A stretch of DNA of 64,000 nucleotides, from NCBI GenBank assembly GCA_950097015.1, contig CATNEN010000005.1, forward strand, positions 4,526,001-4,590,000, written 5' to 3'. How positions within the stretch are numbered: the stretch's first letter is position 1; every line of letters starts with the position of its first letter. The translations under genes were made by a program, and so were the position numbers. The DNA is from Macrostomum hystrix. Taxonomy: Eukaryota > Animalia > Platyhelminthes. Under the pieces are notes generated by a model. That model was not told where the DNA came from, searched no databases, and saw only the letters and a program-made list of their open reading frames with translations. Of this stretch, positions 1-12,500 are shown in pieces.

Positions 1-1805
1 TGAGCGCTTCAGCGGTCGCTCTGAACCAGCATCGCTCCAGACGCTCCAGATCGTCGCCACTTGCCGCGCTCATGTAGAACGCCTCGCCTCCGCCCCCGGC
101 GTGCAGGAAGAAGGCGTTGTCGCGCCTATCAAGCTGCTCTCGCGGCGGCAGCACCCGAATGACGCACTTGTACAGCTTCTCCTTCAAGGAATAACTGAGC
201 CAATCGTCGGCAAGCACCGGCGGCAGCTCAAATAGTAATAGATCTTCCCCACGCAATGCCAGAAACACATCCTGCCATAGGCGACTGCGCAGAGGCGATT
301 CGTGCAGCGTCAGGCCGAACCAACCGGTGTAGTGCACCGGCATCGACGAACCGGAATGCTGAGCAATCGAATGAGCATTCAGTCTGGCAGCTTGAGCATC
401 AGATAGCTGTCTAATATTGGCGCGAATCGCTGCGTGCCATTGCTCAGCTGAGTAGTCACCAGAATTTGTGGTCGATTGAAAACGCAAACAACCGGTTGAG
501 TGTCCGCTCAGTGCGACAACTTCCAGACAGTCGGGCGGGCGCGGCTTGTCAGTGCCGGCTGCGTGACGACGCAGCCTGGCAAATAGCAGCGGGACTGTCA
601 TCAGGTTGGCCCAGCTGATTTTTGTCGACGTTGTAGACGACGCTGGAATGTCGCTCTGCTCTGTCGACGAGTTCGCCTGAGCTGATCGACGATTGTAGCT
701 AAGTAGTAGTCTAGCAGCCTGTTTAAGTAGTGTAGAAGGCATTTTATTTACGCCGATGCTAACTTTATATTTTTCACAACATATCGGCAGGAAATTACAA
801 ATAATAACCAGATAAATATATTTTTTCGAAACATATCGGCTGTAGAACATAACTAGCAAGATTTTTGACAAAAACTATAGTAGTTCATCGTACAATAGTT
901 CTTTTCATAAGCATAAAGTTTTCAGTACGATAAAAACAAATCTGTGTAAAAAATCGAAACTTTTTCAAAACATATCGGTTAATGAAAACAAATTCAATAC
1001 TTTAATATCGCCCGTTGTCGATAAACATTGGCGTGACTAATAAAAGCTAAAGACAAAAATATTCTAAAAGTTGTCTAGATATATATATATTTCGATACAT
1101 ATCGGCGAATGAAAACACTTTAGCAATGAATCACAAATTCAATACTTTATTATTATCCGTTTTATAAAAATATTGTGCGATCAAAGATTATATAGAAAAT
1201 ATAATATCTATGGGCGTGACTAATAAAAGCTTTTTTAAAAAAAAATTATCATTATTTCGTAATTAACAAAATATCAAAGTCTTTTGTTTTTCGATACATA
1301 TCGGATTTACCTGTCTGTAGTGTTTAACCAGCAGAGTAACCTGTTGACCAGCATTTCGCAGCCTAGCCACAGCCTCAGTGTGGCTAGCTCCATCAACGCA
1401 GGCCTGGTCTATGCGTAGAATAGCGTCGCCAACAAACAAAGGCGGCGATCGCTTTTTTCCTTCTCCGCTGCCATCGCCGGCACGGTCGCCAAGCTGCAGT
1501 CGAGACACCAGAATTGGTAGGCCGCATTCGGAACCGCCGCGAATGCTGAAGCCGAAACTGCCGCGATGATTGCGACAGAGCGACAGCTCGCGAACCAGCG
1601 ACAGACCGGAACGATCGAACTGATTCGTATCCGCTGTAGCGGCAATGCTGGAGTCCCACACGGCGATGGATTCTTGAACTGTGAGACTTGTTGGCGTCAG
1701 GACCAGGCGTACAGCCAGTTCTAGACCGCGAACAATGTCATCTGATTCAACTAGGTGGGGCTCGCCAGAGATTAAAGTACAGGGCCCAGTTAAAGACAAG
1801 GCCAT
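1..1805 (-). CDS. SNTG: Gamma-syntrophin-like (split PH + PDZ + PH2), 5' part; gene runs off the window start. Exons 1805-1311 and 718-<1
   Basis: Exon 1 encodes MALSLTGPCTL...VRLVLTPTSLTVQE and a PDZ domain (FGFSIRGGSECGLPILVSRL...LFVGDAILRID...HTEAVARLRNAGQQVTLLV). The exon at 718-1 translates to W..LMTVPLLFARLRRHAAGTDKPRP..LEVVALSGHSTG...QWHAAIRANI...WQDVFLALRGEDLLLFELPP, the gamma-syntrophin PH pattern. Donor GTAAAT at 1310, acceptor AG at 719-720. Confidence 0.85.
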
Positions 1806-1835
1806 CTGGATGACCACTGCTGGATTTAGAACCGG

Positions 1836-2560
1836 TTGCTAGGGCATATTGAACTTTTTCAGAGGATTTTAGAGACTGGGATTATCACTTTAAGGATTAA
1901 GGAGACTGGGATTATCACTTTGAGGATTAAGGAGACTGGGATTATCACTTTAAGGATTAATGAGACTAGGATCTTCAGTTTAAGGATTAATGAGACTGGG
2001 ATTATCAGTTTGAGGATTTAGGAGACTGGGATTATTAGTTTGAGGATTTAGGAGCCTGGGATTATCAGTTTGAGGATTTAGGAGACTGGGATTATTACTT
2101 GTAGTTTGAGGATTTAGGAGACTGGGATTATTACTTGTAGTTTGAGGATTCAGGAGACTGGGATTATTAGTTTGAGGATTTAGGAGACTGGGATTATTAG
2201 TTTGAGGATTTAGGAGACTGGGATTATCAGTTTGAGGATTTAGGAGACTGGTATTATCAGTTTGAGGATTTAGGAGACTGGGATTATTAGTTTGAGGATT
2301 TAGGAGACTGGGATTATCAGTTTGAGGATTTAGGAGACTGGGATTATTAGTTTGAGGATTTAGGAGACTGGGATTATCAGTTTGAGGATTTAGGAGACTG
2401 GGATATCAGTTTGAGGATTTAGGAGACTGGGATTATTAGTTTGAGGATTTAGGAGACTGGGATTATCAGTTTGGAGATTTAGGAAACTGGGATTATCAGT
2501 TTGAAGATTAGGAAACTGGGATTAACAGTTAGAGGATTCAGTAGACTGGGATTATCAGCT
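1836..2560. repeat. Minisatellite, 30-bp unit GGAGACTGGGATTATTAGTTTGAGGATTTA
   Basis: Directly visible tandem array upstream of the SNTG acceptor, with degenerate edges. Confidence 0.95.
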
Positions 2561-3595
2561 AAGGTAGAAACAGAAAAAGTGCACAGCAATGAACCTGCTG
2601 CAGTAACTGTAGCGAAAAAAAGAAAAGATAAAAGTTATCGCCAGAGAGGCAAAGACCAAGGCAGGATCAAATTATCCACGCTGCCGCTGCCGCTGCTGTT
2701 GCTGCTGAAAGCGGAAAATTGATTGACATACAAGCGACTGCGGAATGGCTAATGATACATCATCGCCTAATTACGAGTGTACAGTTGATGAGGGGTTGCA
2801 TGTAGACTTCGCTTTGGGGTATAATTTGCCAGTGCCACCCATAAAGTAATTCACTAAACAAATGTAACCATAGCCCTAATAATTACAGTTTTAGAAAAAA
2901 ATTAAGACGAATCAACTTGTCGTAAAAAGAACTAGAATTATAAAGAATCGCAAACAGACAGTTACATTGTCAAACTACACCTAGGAAAATGCAAATAGCA
3001 CTTTTTAATTGCACAATATCGTGCTAGCTTTCAAATACTAACAGAAATAGTTAAAATTGTTAACAGTAGAAAGACGATATAATATATTCCCACTGGGAAA
3101 TTTAAAACGGAGCATTTAAAATAGCCACTGCCTATTTCATGTTTGCTTACAAACCGAATCAACTGACCGATTTCTGTGAAAGTCCATCATTTGGATGAAA
3201 CTTTACCCTGTTGACTAGGACAACTATAGGTTTTGCCATTCAATCTCAGTGTTTTGTCATTCATACTCAGCCCCCATAGAATTAATCCAGTCAGTTGGCG
3301 CGGTTTGGCCCATAGACTATCGCTCTGTGCCATTCAATCTCGGGTTTTGTCATTCAAACTCAGGCTTTATAAGCTCGGTCTCTCAAACGCAGTCCTCCCA
3401 AAGACAGCTAAATTACAAATTTCTTCTATACCATTTGCTTACATGGCCCAATTACTTACATGGGCCATGTGCTTACATGGATAATTGTTGAATATCTAGA
3501 CGATGCCGATGTTTTGTGATTCTGGAAGTTCTCCGATCGGATTGTCGGAGCACATCCCCCGTGGTCTACTGTTAAACATGAATAAAATGTTAAAT

Positions 3596-6500
3596 TCACA
3601 GCTCCAGTAGAATCTCTCCGCCTTCACTTGCCAAACGGGTGACCGACTGCACATCTGATTGGGCACTGTCGAAATGGTGCGTCATTGCGAAGTTGTCTAT
3701 GGCCCAAGTTGATTGCCTAGCGGTCAGGCTGGGCATGACCTGATCCAGGCTTGTGATGCAACGACGAAATTTGAGACGGCCAGTTTTCAGATTAAGCCAG
3801 AGTTCGAGCCAACGCCGCTTCTGCTGAGGTAATTGTCGACGCCTCTTCGGTGATGGCGGCGATGTTGAGGTCTCATTGTCATCATAGTCGCTGTTGTCTT
3901 CACTACTACTACTACCACTACTACTACTACCAGAATTAGTATTATCTTTTAATGTTTTGCCAACGGATGCTGCGCCGTTGATAACAATCTGGCTGGAATC
4001 GTCTACAGTTTCAACCACAATCACCAGGGTGTCGATTAATCGACACTCGTCGATTAGAATGAAGCGAACAAAGCGTTGAACAAATTGACGACGCACAGGA
4101 GGACTGCGCAGGAAAGCTGGGACTGAAACAGCCAGCTCTTCAATATGGCAAAAGCTGCTGCTGCTTGTACGATTGCTAGGACCGTCGGATGTTGCTGGGC
4201 CATTATCACTGAATGCCCAGTTGAATGGGGCAGCGTATTCAAGATTTGCTGCTCCTCCTAATAATAATAAATCAATAAATAATTAATTGATTACACCTGC
4301 CCCATTTGGGCCAGATGTACAGCCAACAGCACAGCTGCAGCTATTGCGCGGCGCATCTGAAGGCTGCGTACAGCTGTTCAGTCCATGGACTGGGGGGGAC
4401 GCCACACCCATCCTCGATTATATCCCTGCTAATGCTGATTTAACAGTTGGGTGAACTGAACACAAATTGTTTCGGTGGAGTCTGGAATCGAACTCACAAC
4501 TTAAAGGTCGTCGGGAGTTCGATTCCTAGCTCGACTGGAACAATTTGTGTCTTTTAGCAAGGTGTTTAAGTTTACCCAGCTGTCAAATGGGTACCAGCAT
4601 TAGCTAGGGTAATTGAAGGTCGGTGTGGGTTTCCCCCCAGTCCATGGACTGAACAACGGATGAACACCTGCGGTCGTACTGTTGGCTGCCCAATTATAGT
4701 CAGACACGAGGATACAATGCGACAAGCGCCAACTAACCTCGCCTGCAGTAGAACATGGCAGTGCTGTGCGCGGAGCCAGTCAGGTCAGAATAATCGTAGA
4801 CTGGGAGTTCCTCGGAATCAGCGGAAGTGTACAACCGATGCGAATAGCTCAGATAGGCATTGTCAGTGTAGAGATAGTTGCACGGACTGCATGTAACAAT
4901 GCCAGATAGGCCTGTTAGAAGCTGTTCTCCGTTATCAGAGTTTAGCTTGGCAAAAGCATTACCAGCCTGTCTGTCGGTGTCAGCCAATAGCAGCGGGCCA
5001 AAATGGCAGCCAATCAGATCGCAGCAGCACGGACTAGGATATGGCTCATTATCTGGCGAATGCGAATGGCCGTCGCGTAGAATCGAGCGCCGATTTAAAC
5101 TCAGTCGCTGGGCGCGATAGAGATCGGTCGGAGTGAATTGGTTGAAATTGAGAACAGACGAAGTCGGATAGTACTGCGTGTACTTTAGAAATAGGCACAG
5201 ATCGCAGGGAAGCGTTGCGCCGATAGGGTTGGAATGGGAGAAGGTTCTGAAATATGGGTAAAATTAGAATTACTTCTAATATAAGTTTCAGATTTAAAAA
5301 ATATCTGATTAAACACAGGGTTTGTAGCCAAGTAGCAAAAAATAACAATGAGGTCAGAAGTTCGAATCTTTGCTCAACAGAGTGTCTGTCTCTATATCTA
5401 ACTATTTATCTGTCAATCTATCTGATTGATTCTAGAAAGAGGTCTTCTCTGTGTGCGTGGATCGTTGCATTTCGTCTACCTATTCCCAGGACCAGTGATA
5501 GAGTACTTTCTCTGCCTACGTTATATTGTTAATTTAAGTTTGAGCTGAAGCTAATACATTAATAAATCAAAAACCGTCAAAAAAGGCAGCTGTCAAGCGC
5601 CTTCACTGTTCGACTGGAACCAACGGTGCAGCATTTCTTACAGCAGGGCTGACCTGCCTGCTTTCAGGTGCTCGGCATCGGGGACTGCTGTTGATCAGAG
5701 TTCCCACCTGCCTGTCGCAGCCATTCTGCCTATCGAGTGCGTCCAACTGCACTTATGGTCCGATGAGACCACTTTTAGCTGGGTCTACTGCCTCTAAATA
5801 ATTGAACTTTTTTTTCACTGCCGCAGTACTAAAAACATGCAAGTTTTTTTAACTTGAGCCTTTTTAGTGCTCGTTCTGCTATTGGTTGAAACCATCTTAG
5901 TGTGTACACTTTACTGCCCCTCTAACTGGTTTGTACTGCAAGCCCTGACTTTGGTCATTCATTCTGCTAAAAGTACGTATGGGCTTAAGCCTATTCATGA
6001 ATATTAAATGTCTACTTTACTGTCAATATATAAGCTTGCTCAATCGTTTAAAAATAAACAGATCCGTCGATATTACTTAAAACGAAGAGGTCTTCTCTGT
6101 GTGCGTGGATCTTTGCGTTTCGTCTACGCTCATCTACGCTCGTATTTATCCTACTCGTATTTTCTTATGCAGGAGGTGTAATGACCGTTGTGTCTACATT
6201 GGAGAGACAAGAGTAGCCGAAAGTCCGACTGCAAGCCCACCTGAGCGACATTAGACTGGCAAAAGATACCCCGGTCTCACATTTTCGCTCTACAGGCCAC
6301 AGCCTGTTGGATTTACGGTTCATGGGTCTCTGGTACCTCAGCCCTGAATGTGAGACGCACAAAGAGGCAACTAAACGCAGGAGAAGAGACATGGAACTCA
6401 GACCCATTAATCTCCTGCAAACTCAGACCCAAGCTGACCTGAACTCCATTGACAATAACCGTAGTGCGTGCGGACCGCTCTGGACGCATTGTACACGAAA

Positions 6501-9500
6501 TCCGTTCGGTTATGGCTGACAATGCCAGTGACTTAAGCACAGTGGCAGCGTACACACGCTCGCGCTCTCTAAAGGACATTCAATGTCCATCCAAGCTAAT
6601 TCCATCCAAGCTGATAAATGACCAATAATTCGCCTTAACCATTGACAGGACTCTGGGTGCATGTGGCATTGCCTGTTTTATTTTTAACGTGCCCGTGTTA
6701 GCTAATTTTAAATGTACAGTTCTAACTTTAAACCAATACGGTTTTGAAACTTCCGTATTACAAGTGATCGCTTAAACAATTTATTTTTGTTTACCTTATC
6801 AAAATATACAGACCCTGAGAAAGGCCCATTTTTGGCAAAAAATGGGTCCATCGTAATATATACTCGCAGTTAAAATATCTGCATTTTAAAACATCTAGAC
6901 TGTGTGTGCGGCTTGCCTCTAAGGGGCTTTCGTCTATCTTCTCCCAGGACCAGTGCTCAGTGTTTTGGGCTTTTCGGCCTTTTTGGCTTTTCCTTTTTTT
7001 ACTTTAGGCTTCTATGCCCAACGACCAACGCTCGTGGTACTCAAGACGCCATGAGCACCGTGGTCGTCAAGAGTCAGACTGGGGCTACTCGGTGACAAAC
7101 CGTCCCTCAAGAATTAGCCCAGAAAGCCGACGGCGCCAAGAGAACACACGAGACCGCTCTCAAGACCAGTCAGGCCCGAGACGCTATCGTGAGGAATTCA
7201 GCTCACAACACACCGACAGACGAAACGGCAACAGAGTCCGAGGGAACCGCCCACAGAGTGGCACTGTGTGTGTGGTTTTTCCTTTTCGCATATCTATCTA
7301 TCAACAGAAGCGGCCCGCATTGCACGGCTCGTCAAACAGCTTTTCCGTTCAGCCCACCACCTCGAGAACTGGCATACGGTCCCACCGGGCGTGCAGCGTA
7401 AGACAAAACAACTAAAAAATTTTATCCGCCCTGCCATGCCATCGGACGCCTGAAAACCAACGCAGAGACGTGGGAGACCAATACACAGGACACTATGGAG
7501 TCCCACTACGAATCCTGCATCCTCCGTCTCTGGGCGGCGCTCGAGGAAGCAACTGCAACATTCAGCCAGAACGACATTCTCACCGGCTGGCAGATCGGTT
7601 ACCGATGGGCATCGAAGGACGCAGGGAGACGTTTTAACAGTTCTCCTATACAACTGATTGTCCCTGAGCTTAACCCCGAGCCAGGTAAGGCAAATGCCTC
7701 TGTTTCGCGAACAAACAACCATCCTAGGCCCAATGATGGGCTCGGGTCTTTAGTCAGTGAGTTGATCCAACAGACGGGTTCTACCCAATTAGAGGGCAGG
7801 CAATTAACCTCGATGATTTTGGATGACCCGACGGCGCATGAACAACTAGACCCTGAGTTTGCAAATCCCATGCAACGTGCACTGGACTGGTGAAGCTTTA
7901 ATTAAGAGCCCTGCTTACTCACTTACAATGAGGGAGTCAACTACCCTCGTACCACTGAGCCACAGCTCCAAGTACAAAGTTGCTAACCGCAGGGTCCAGT
8001 TGCCTGTACCCAGGGGCTGGACACGGGGGTGGTCTGTGACCAGATATCCCTACTTGCATCTGGTGAGATCGCCACTAACGCCCATCCAAGCATCTGTGAC
8101 ACACCCGCTGAGGTCAATTCGATCTGCGACCCGCAACCGCAGGGTCCAGTTGCCTGTGCCCAGGGGCTGGACACGGGGGTGGTCTGTGACCAGACATCCC
8201 CGCCTGCTAACACCGAGCATGACGTTGGCGGTCCCTGCCGTACTCGGCCTTCCACAGCCTTTACAACTGTCCACCGCGGAACAAAAAAGGACTGAAAACT
8301 CTCTCCACTGACAAAACACACTGTGGTGATTGGAGATGAGAGCCTGTCCCTTTCCGGGACCAAATACCCTGAAATTCAGTTTGAAATTTTTCCGAACCTG
8401 AAGGCCGAACACTTATCTAAAATCATGAGAGAACAAGCTGCCTCTCCGTGTTCACTAGCCAAAGCTGTGATCCTGTTCCCCAGGGGCCACGACCTTTCCA
8501 GGCAATTCGAGGGGGTTCTTGACAAGCAGCTAACGACAATCGTCAACCACTGTCGGAAGGCATTACCAAAGGCAAATACTTACAAACTAGACTTTGTGAT
8601 GCGCCGGACAACGTTCGAAAGACTGCTGAGAAAATGAACCGCCACCTACAGGACATCAACCGAAGGGACCACATCCGTCTCTCACGGATGTGCTAGAGTG
8701 CTAAAATCCGGTGGAGTCTACACTCGAAAAGGCGGGCACCGGCGTCAGTGTTGTATTCAACTTTCATGGCCCCGTAACCAACTGCAACTTCGGAAAAATG
8801 TGAATTGGAAGGTGAAATATCAACTGTGCGAACATTTGTTACTACCAAATAATTTGTAATGAACTGTGTACTGTGAACTACGCTTGCTATGTGCTTCTCT
8901 ACTTCCAAATCATATTCACTGTTTTTGTTGCATTCGTTAAATAAACTCGTTTCCTACAGTTTGAAAAGGCGTGCGGTAATGCCACCGCCATTACCGCACG
9001 CTTTTTGGACTTCTCTTAAGTCCAACGCATACGAAATCACCATAGACATTTGTCATTACCGCAGGCTAAAAAGTATTATACCGCAGCTAGGCGAGATGAT
9101 AATGTACATGGCCTGGACAGATCTGGCCATAAACTATAAAATTTTAGGAAACCAATAGACAGGCATGGCTCTCTAAACATATTCTGTGCCCTTTAAAATT
9201 CATGCTGGAGTTAAGAGTTGACTGCGGATGTACATATATTACATGCATTAGCAGAGCAGAGTCAACTTAAATATCTATATCTACAACTATGGACGATGTG
9301 CTCTTCACATCGGATTCTGACAGCGACACCGCCATCACAGACGATTCTGATCCAATGCAGTCTGCTGAAGTAGGAAACGATTTGCAGGAAAGTGGTGAAG
9401 ATGTCGCTATCGATGAAGGAGACGATTTGCAGGAAAGTGGTGAAGATGTCGCTATCGATGAAGAAGGAGACGATTTGCAGGAAAGTGGTGAAGATGTCGC

Positions 9501-12500
9501 TATCGATGAAGAAGGTGACGAGTGGATGGAAGTAGAGCCTGGCAATGATGTTGGCGGCGGTGGAATGAACTCTGTTGGCATTACTGGAATAAACCCAAGC
9601 AATGAGCTTCCTGACGATCCGGAAAACATTGAATTTTTTCTGAGACTATTCCTGACCAACCAGCTGCTAGACAGCATTGTGCAGTGGACGAACCCAAAGG
9701 CATGGTTCGAATATGAACAAACATCTCTCGACGGCCAAGAAATGCCGACAGTTCTAAAGTCATGGAAGGATACTAACCGTGACGAGATCTCTAAGCTTCT
9801 GGTCATGCACCTGTTCATGGGAATCTCCCGAAAGCCGGAATTACACGACTACTGGAGCATCAGTGACATTCACTGCACACCGTTTTTCCAGTCTCCATAT
9901 GCCCTCACACGTGACAGATTCAAACAGCTGCTCTTGTTTCTTCGGTTTTACAACGCACGAGAACCAGTCACGGATGATCCGCTGCACAAAATTCGGCCAC
10001 TAATTCAACTGGCTCAGCGGCTCTGCAGCAACGTTTATCAGCCAGAGCAGCAACTTAGTGTTGATGAGTCTCTCATTCTGTACAAAGGAAGGCTTCAGTT
10101 CAGACAGTGCATACTATCAAAGAGAGCACGAGTTGGTATAAAATTGTACTGCGCTTGTGAATCGACTTCTGGATATTTATACAGCTTTCTGGTGCACTCG
10201 ACTGCAGAAGAGAATTCCCGCTTTGGTGAAGACCTCGGCTGCGATCAACTGTCTCTGAGCGAGTGAATAGTAGTTAAACTGTGTAAGGATCTGCTTGATT
10301 TAGGCTACCACGTTTTCGTGGACAAGTGGTTTGCCTCTGCCAGACTTGCCAGTGTTCTGTACGAGCGCAGCACACTTTTCACAGGAACTGTTCGAGCCAA
10401 CCGCGGAGTGCCTTTGTCGCTCAGTGGACGTTGTCTTCATGAGAAAGCATCCTCTGCTAGCCATGACGATCTCAGAGCGGAAGGAGAGCGGCTTGAAGAC
10501 GATCCTCATGCTCGACACCCATGGCTCAGCTGACAAAGCCCAGGTACTGCGAATTCGCAAGAGCGGTAAAGTGGTGCTGGTGCAGAAGAGCGCATCGAAT
10601 TTGCTATTCAATCGCTGCATGGGAGGTGTTGACCGACTAGACGCCATGCTGAAGCCGTACGACAGCTGTCGAAAAACGTATAAGTAGTTTCACACGTTGG
10701 GATTGCACCTCTGCCTACACAATGCATGGGTTGTGTATTCAAAGAACGGTGGTCGCTTACCATTTTTAAACTTTCTGGAGCGATGCATTGTTTATTTGGT
10801 GGAATCGACTGGCCCTGAAAGGCTGAGAGCAGCGCCCAGGATGCTGACAGGTGTCGCTGCCCAGCAGGAACACCACTTTCCATCAAGGCTTCCACCAAAC
10901 GACTCCACACCAAGACCGGCAAAGCACTGCCGCGTGTGCTACAGCAGGGGCAATGCAAAGCGCACTGTTTTCTGCTGCACCGTGTGCCCAGGCGCCCCTG
11001 GACTTTGTCCCAGATCCTGCTTCGAGGAGTGGCATGCGAATCACAAAGTAACTAAAGCTACCATCATAGGATGCATTTCGAATGTATCTGAGTTATTGTC
11101 TGTTGCAAGCTGTTCTATATTTTCTTTACGATATAAAACTGTAGTTGGTTGGATCATAAAAGTTACTGCACATCGTAGAAAGGGGACCATGCATGCAAGA
11201 GCACATGCGCTGTAAATTGGTGACAGAATACCAGGTTGTTAAATTTTAATTTTATATGTTCTGCTAGGACAATTTGCCTAAACTGCAATCAGCTTTGTCT
11301 GGGTTTTGCTACCATGTTCATTTAAGCTTAACTTTGGAAAGTTTTTTCGCTAATTTTAAACCAATGTTGATGCGTATCCTGTTACCCTCAAATCTACTGC
11401 TATACAAAGCAAACTTGCATGTTCTGTTTTATATGAAATGGTTCACTGGCAGTCAGTAAAGTTGTATACTGTAGATCTCTTCTGAATTTTCACTAACACC
11501 TTTATTTATCCCTTTGCTGCTCTCACTGTCAAATTTGATAATTTTGAGCATGTGCTCTTATTTGGTTCTTTATCTTTTTTCTAGCATATGAATTAAATGC
11601 TTGCAATGCGCTTGGCTACAAAAAGTCGTTTTTTTCTCTCGTTAAAATAAACTACTAGCATTTTACATATCAGTCAGTCTGTATTTTGCTTATTCCTTCG
11701 CTCATATTCACTCGAAGTAAACTCGTGGCAGGTAAACGAATGCAAGATAGACACACTTAGCCGTAGTATCTAACTTGGCCAGCGTTTTTCGTCGCTTTTC
11801 GCTGTGCGCCTTCCGTGTGTTCTTCGCCATTTCGCCTCGCTTTGTGTTTGGCTGGTCACTAACGAGCATCCTTAAGAAACAAGGACACTCGGTCCACTCC
11901 ATCCGTAACGCCAAGAAATCAGCACTCATCCAACTTAGCTTTTTCACCGACCGCCAGTGGGACTTTGGCTTCCGCAACTGCAATAATGAAACCTGTCGGG
12001 TGTGTAGACAACACGGCTACTTCGGCCAGATCTGTCCAGGATTCATTTCCACCAAGATGATTTAAAGAATTTGCCAGAAGGTCCGCTGTGACTCCAGAAA
12101 CGTGGTTTATTCAATCCTATGCAGGAGCTGCAATGACCGGTGTGTCTACATTGGAGAGACAGGAGGGGCTCTCGAGGTCCGATTACAAGCCCACCTAAGC
12201 GACGTCAAACTGGCCAAAGATACCCCGGTCTCAAGACATTTTCGCTCTACAGGCCACAGCCTGTTGGATTTACGGTTCCTCAGCCCTGAATGTAAGACGC
12301 ACAGGGAGGCAACTCAACGGAGAAGAGACATGGAGCTCAAACTCATTAGCCTCCTACAAACTCAGATCCCTGCAGGTCTCAACTCCATTGACACTAATCG
12401 AAGTGCGTGCGTCCCTATAATCATTCCTTACATGGACCACTCTGGGCGCTTTGTACACAAAGTCCGTTCAGTTATGACTGACCATGCCAGCGATGTGAAC

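Noticed and set aside
3236-3362. 36-bp direct repeat at 92-bp spacing
   Set aside because: Only two copies and no termini or TSD; not informative.
8686-11875. piggyBac TIR pair GGATG...AGTG with TTAA TSD
   Set aside because: Only 9 of 15 positions match and there is no TTAA at the left end, so the ends are left unresolved.
12063-12065. Selenocysteine read-through as in Naiad selenoproteins
   Set aside because: The in-frame stop is TAA, not TGA; the TGA at 7451 is explained by a frameshift.
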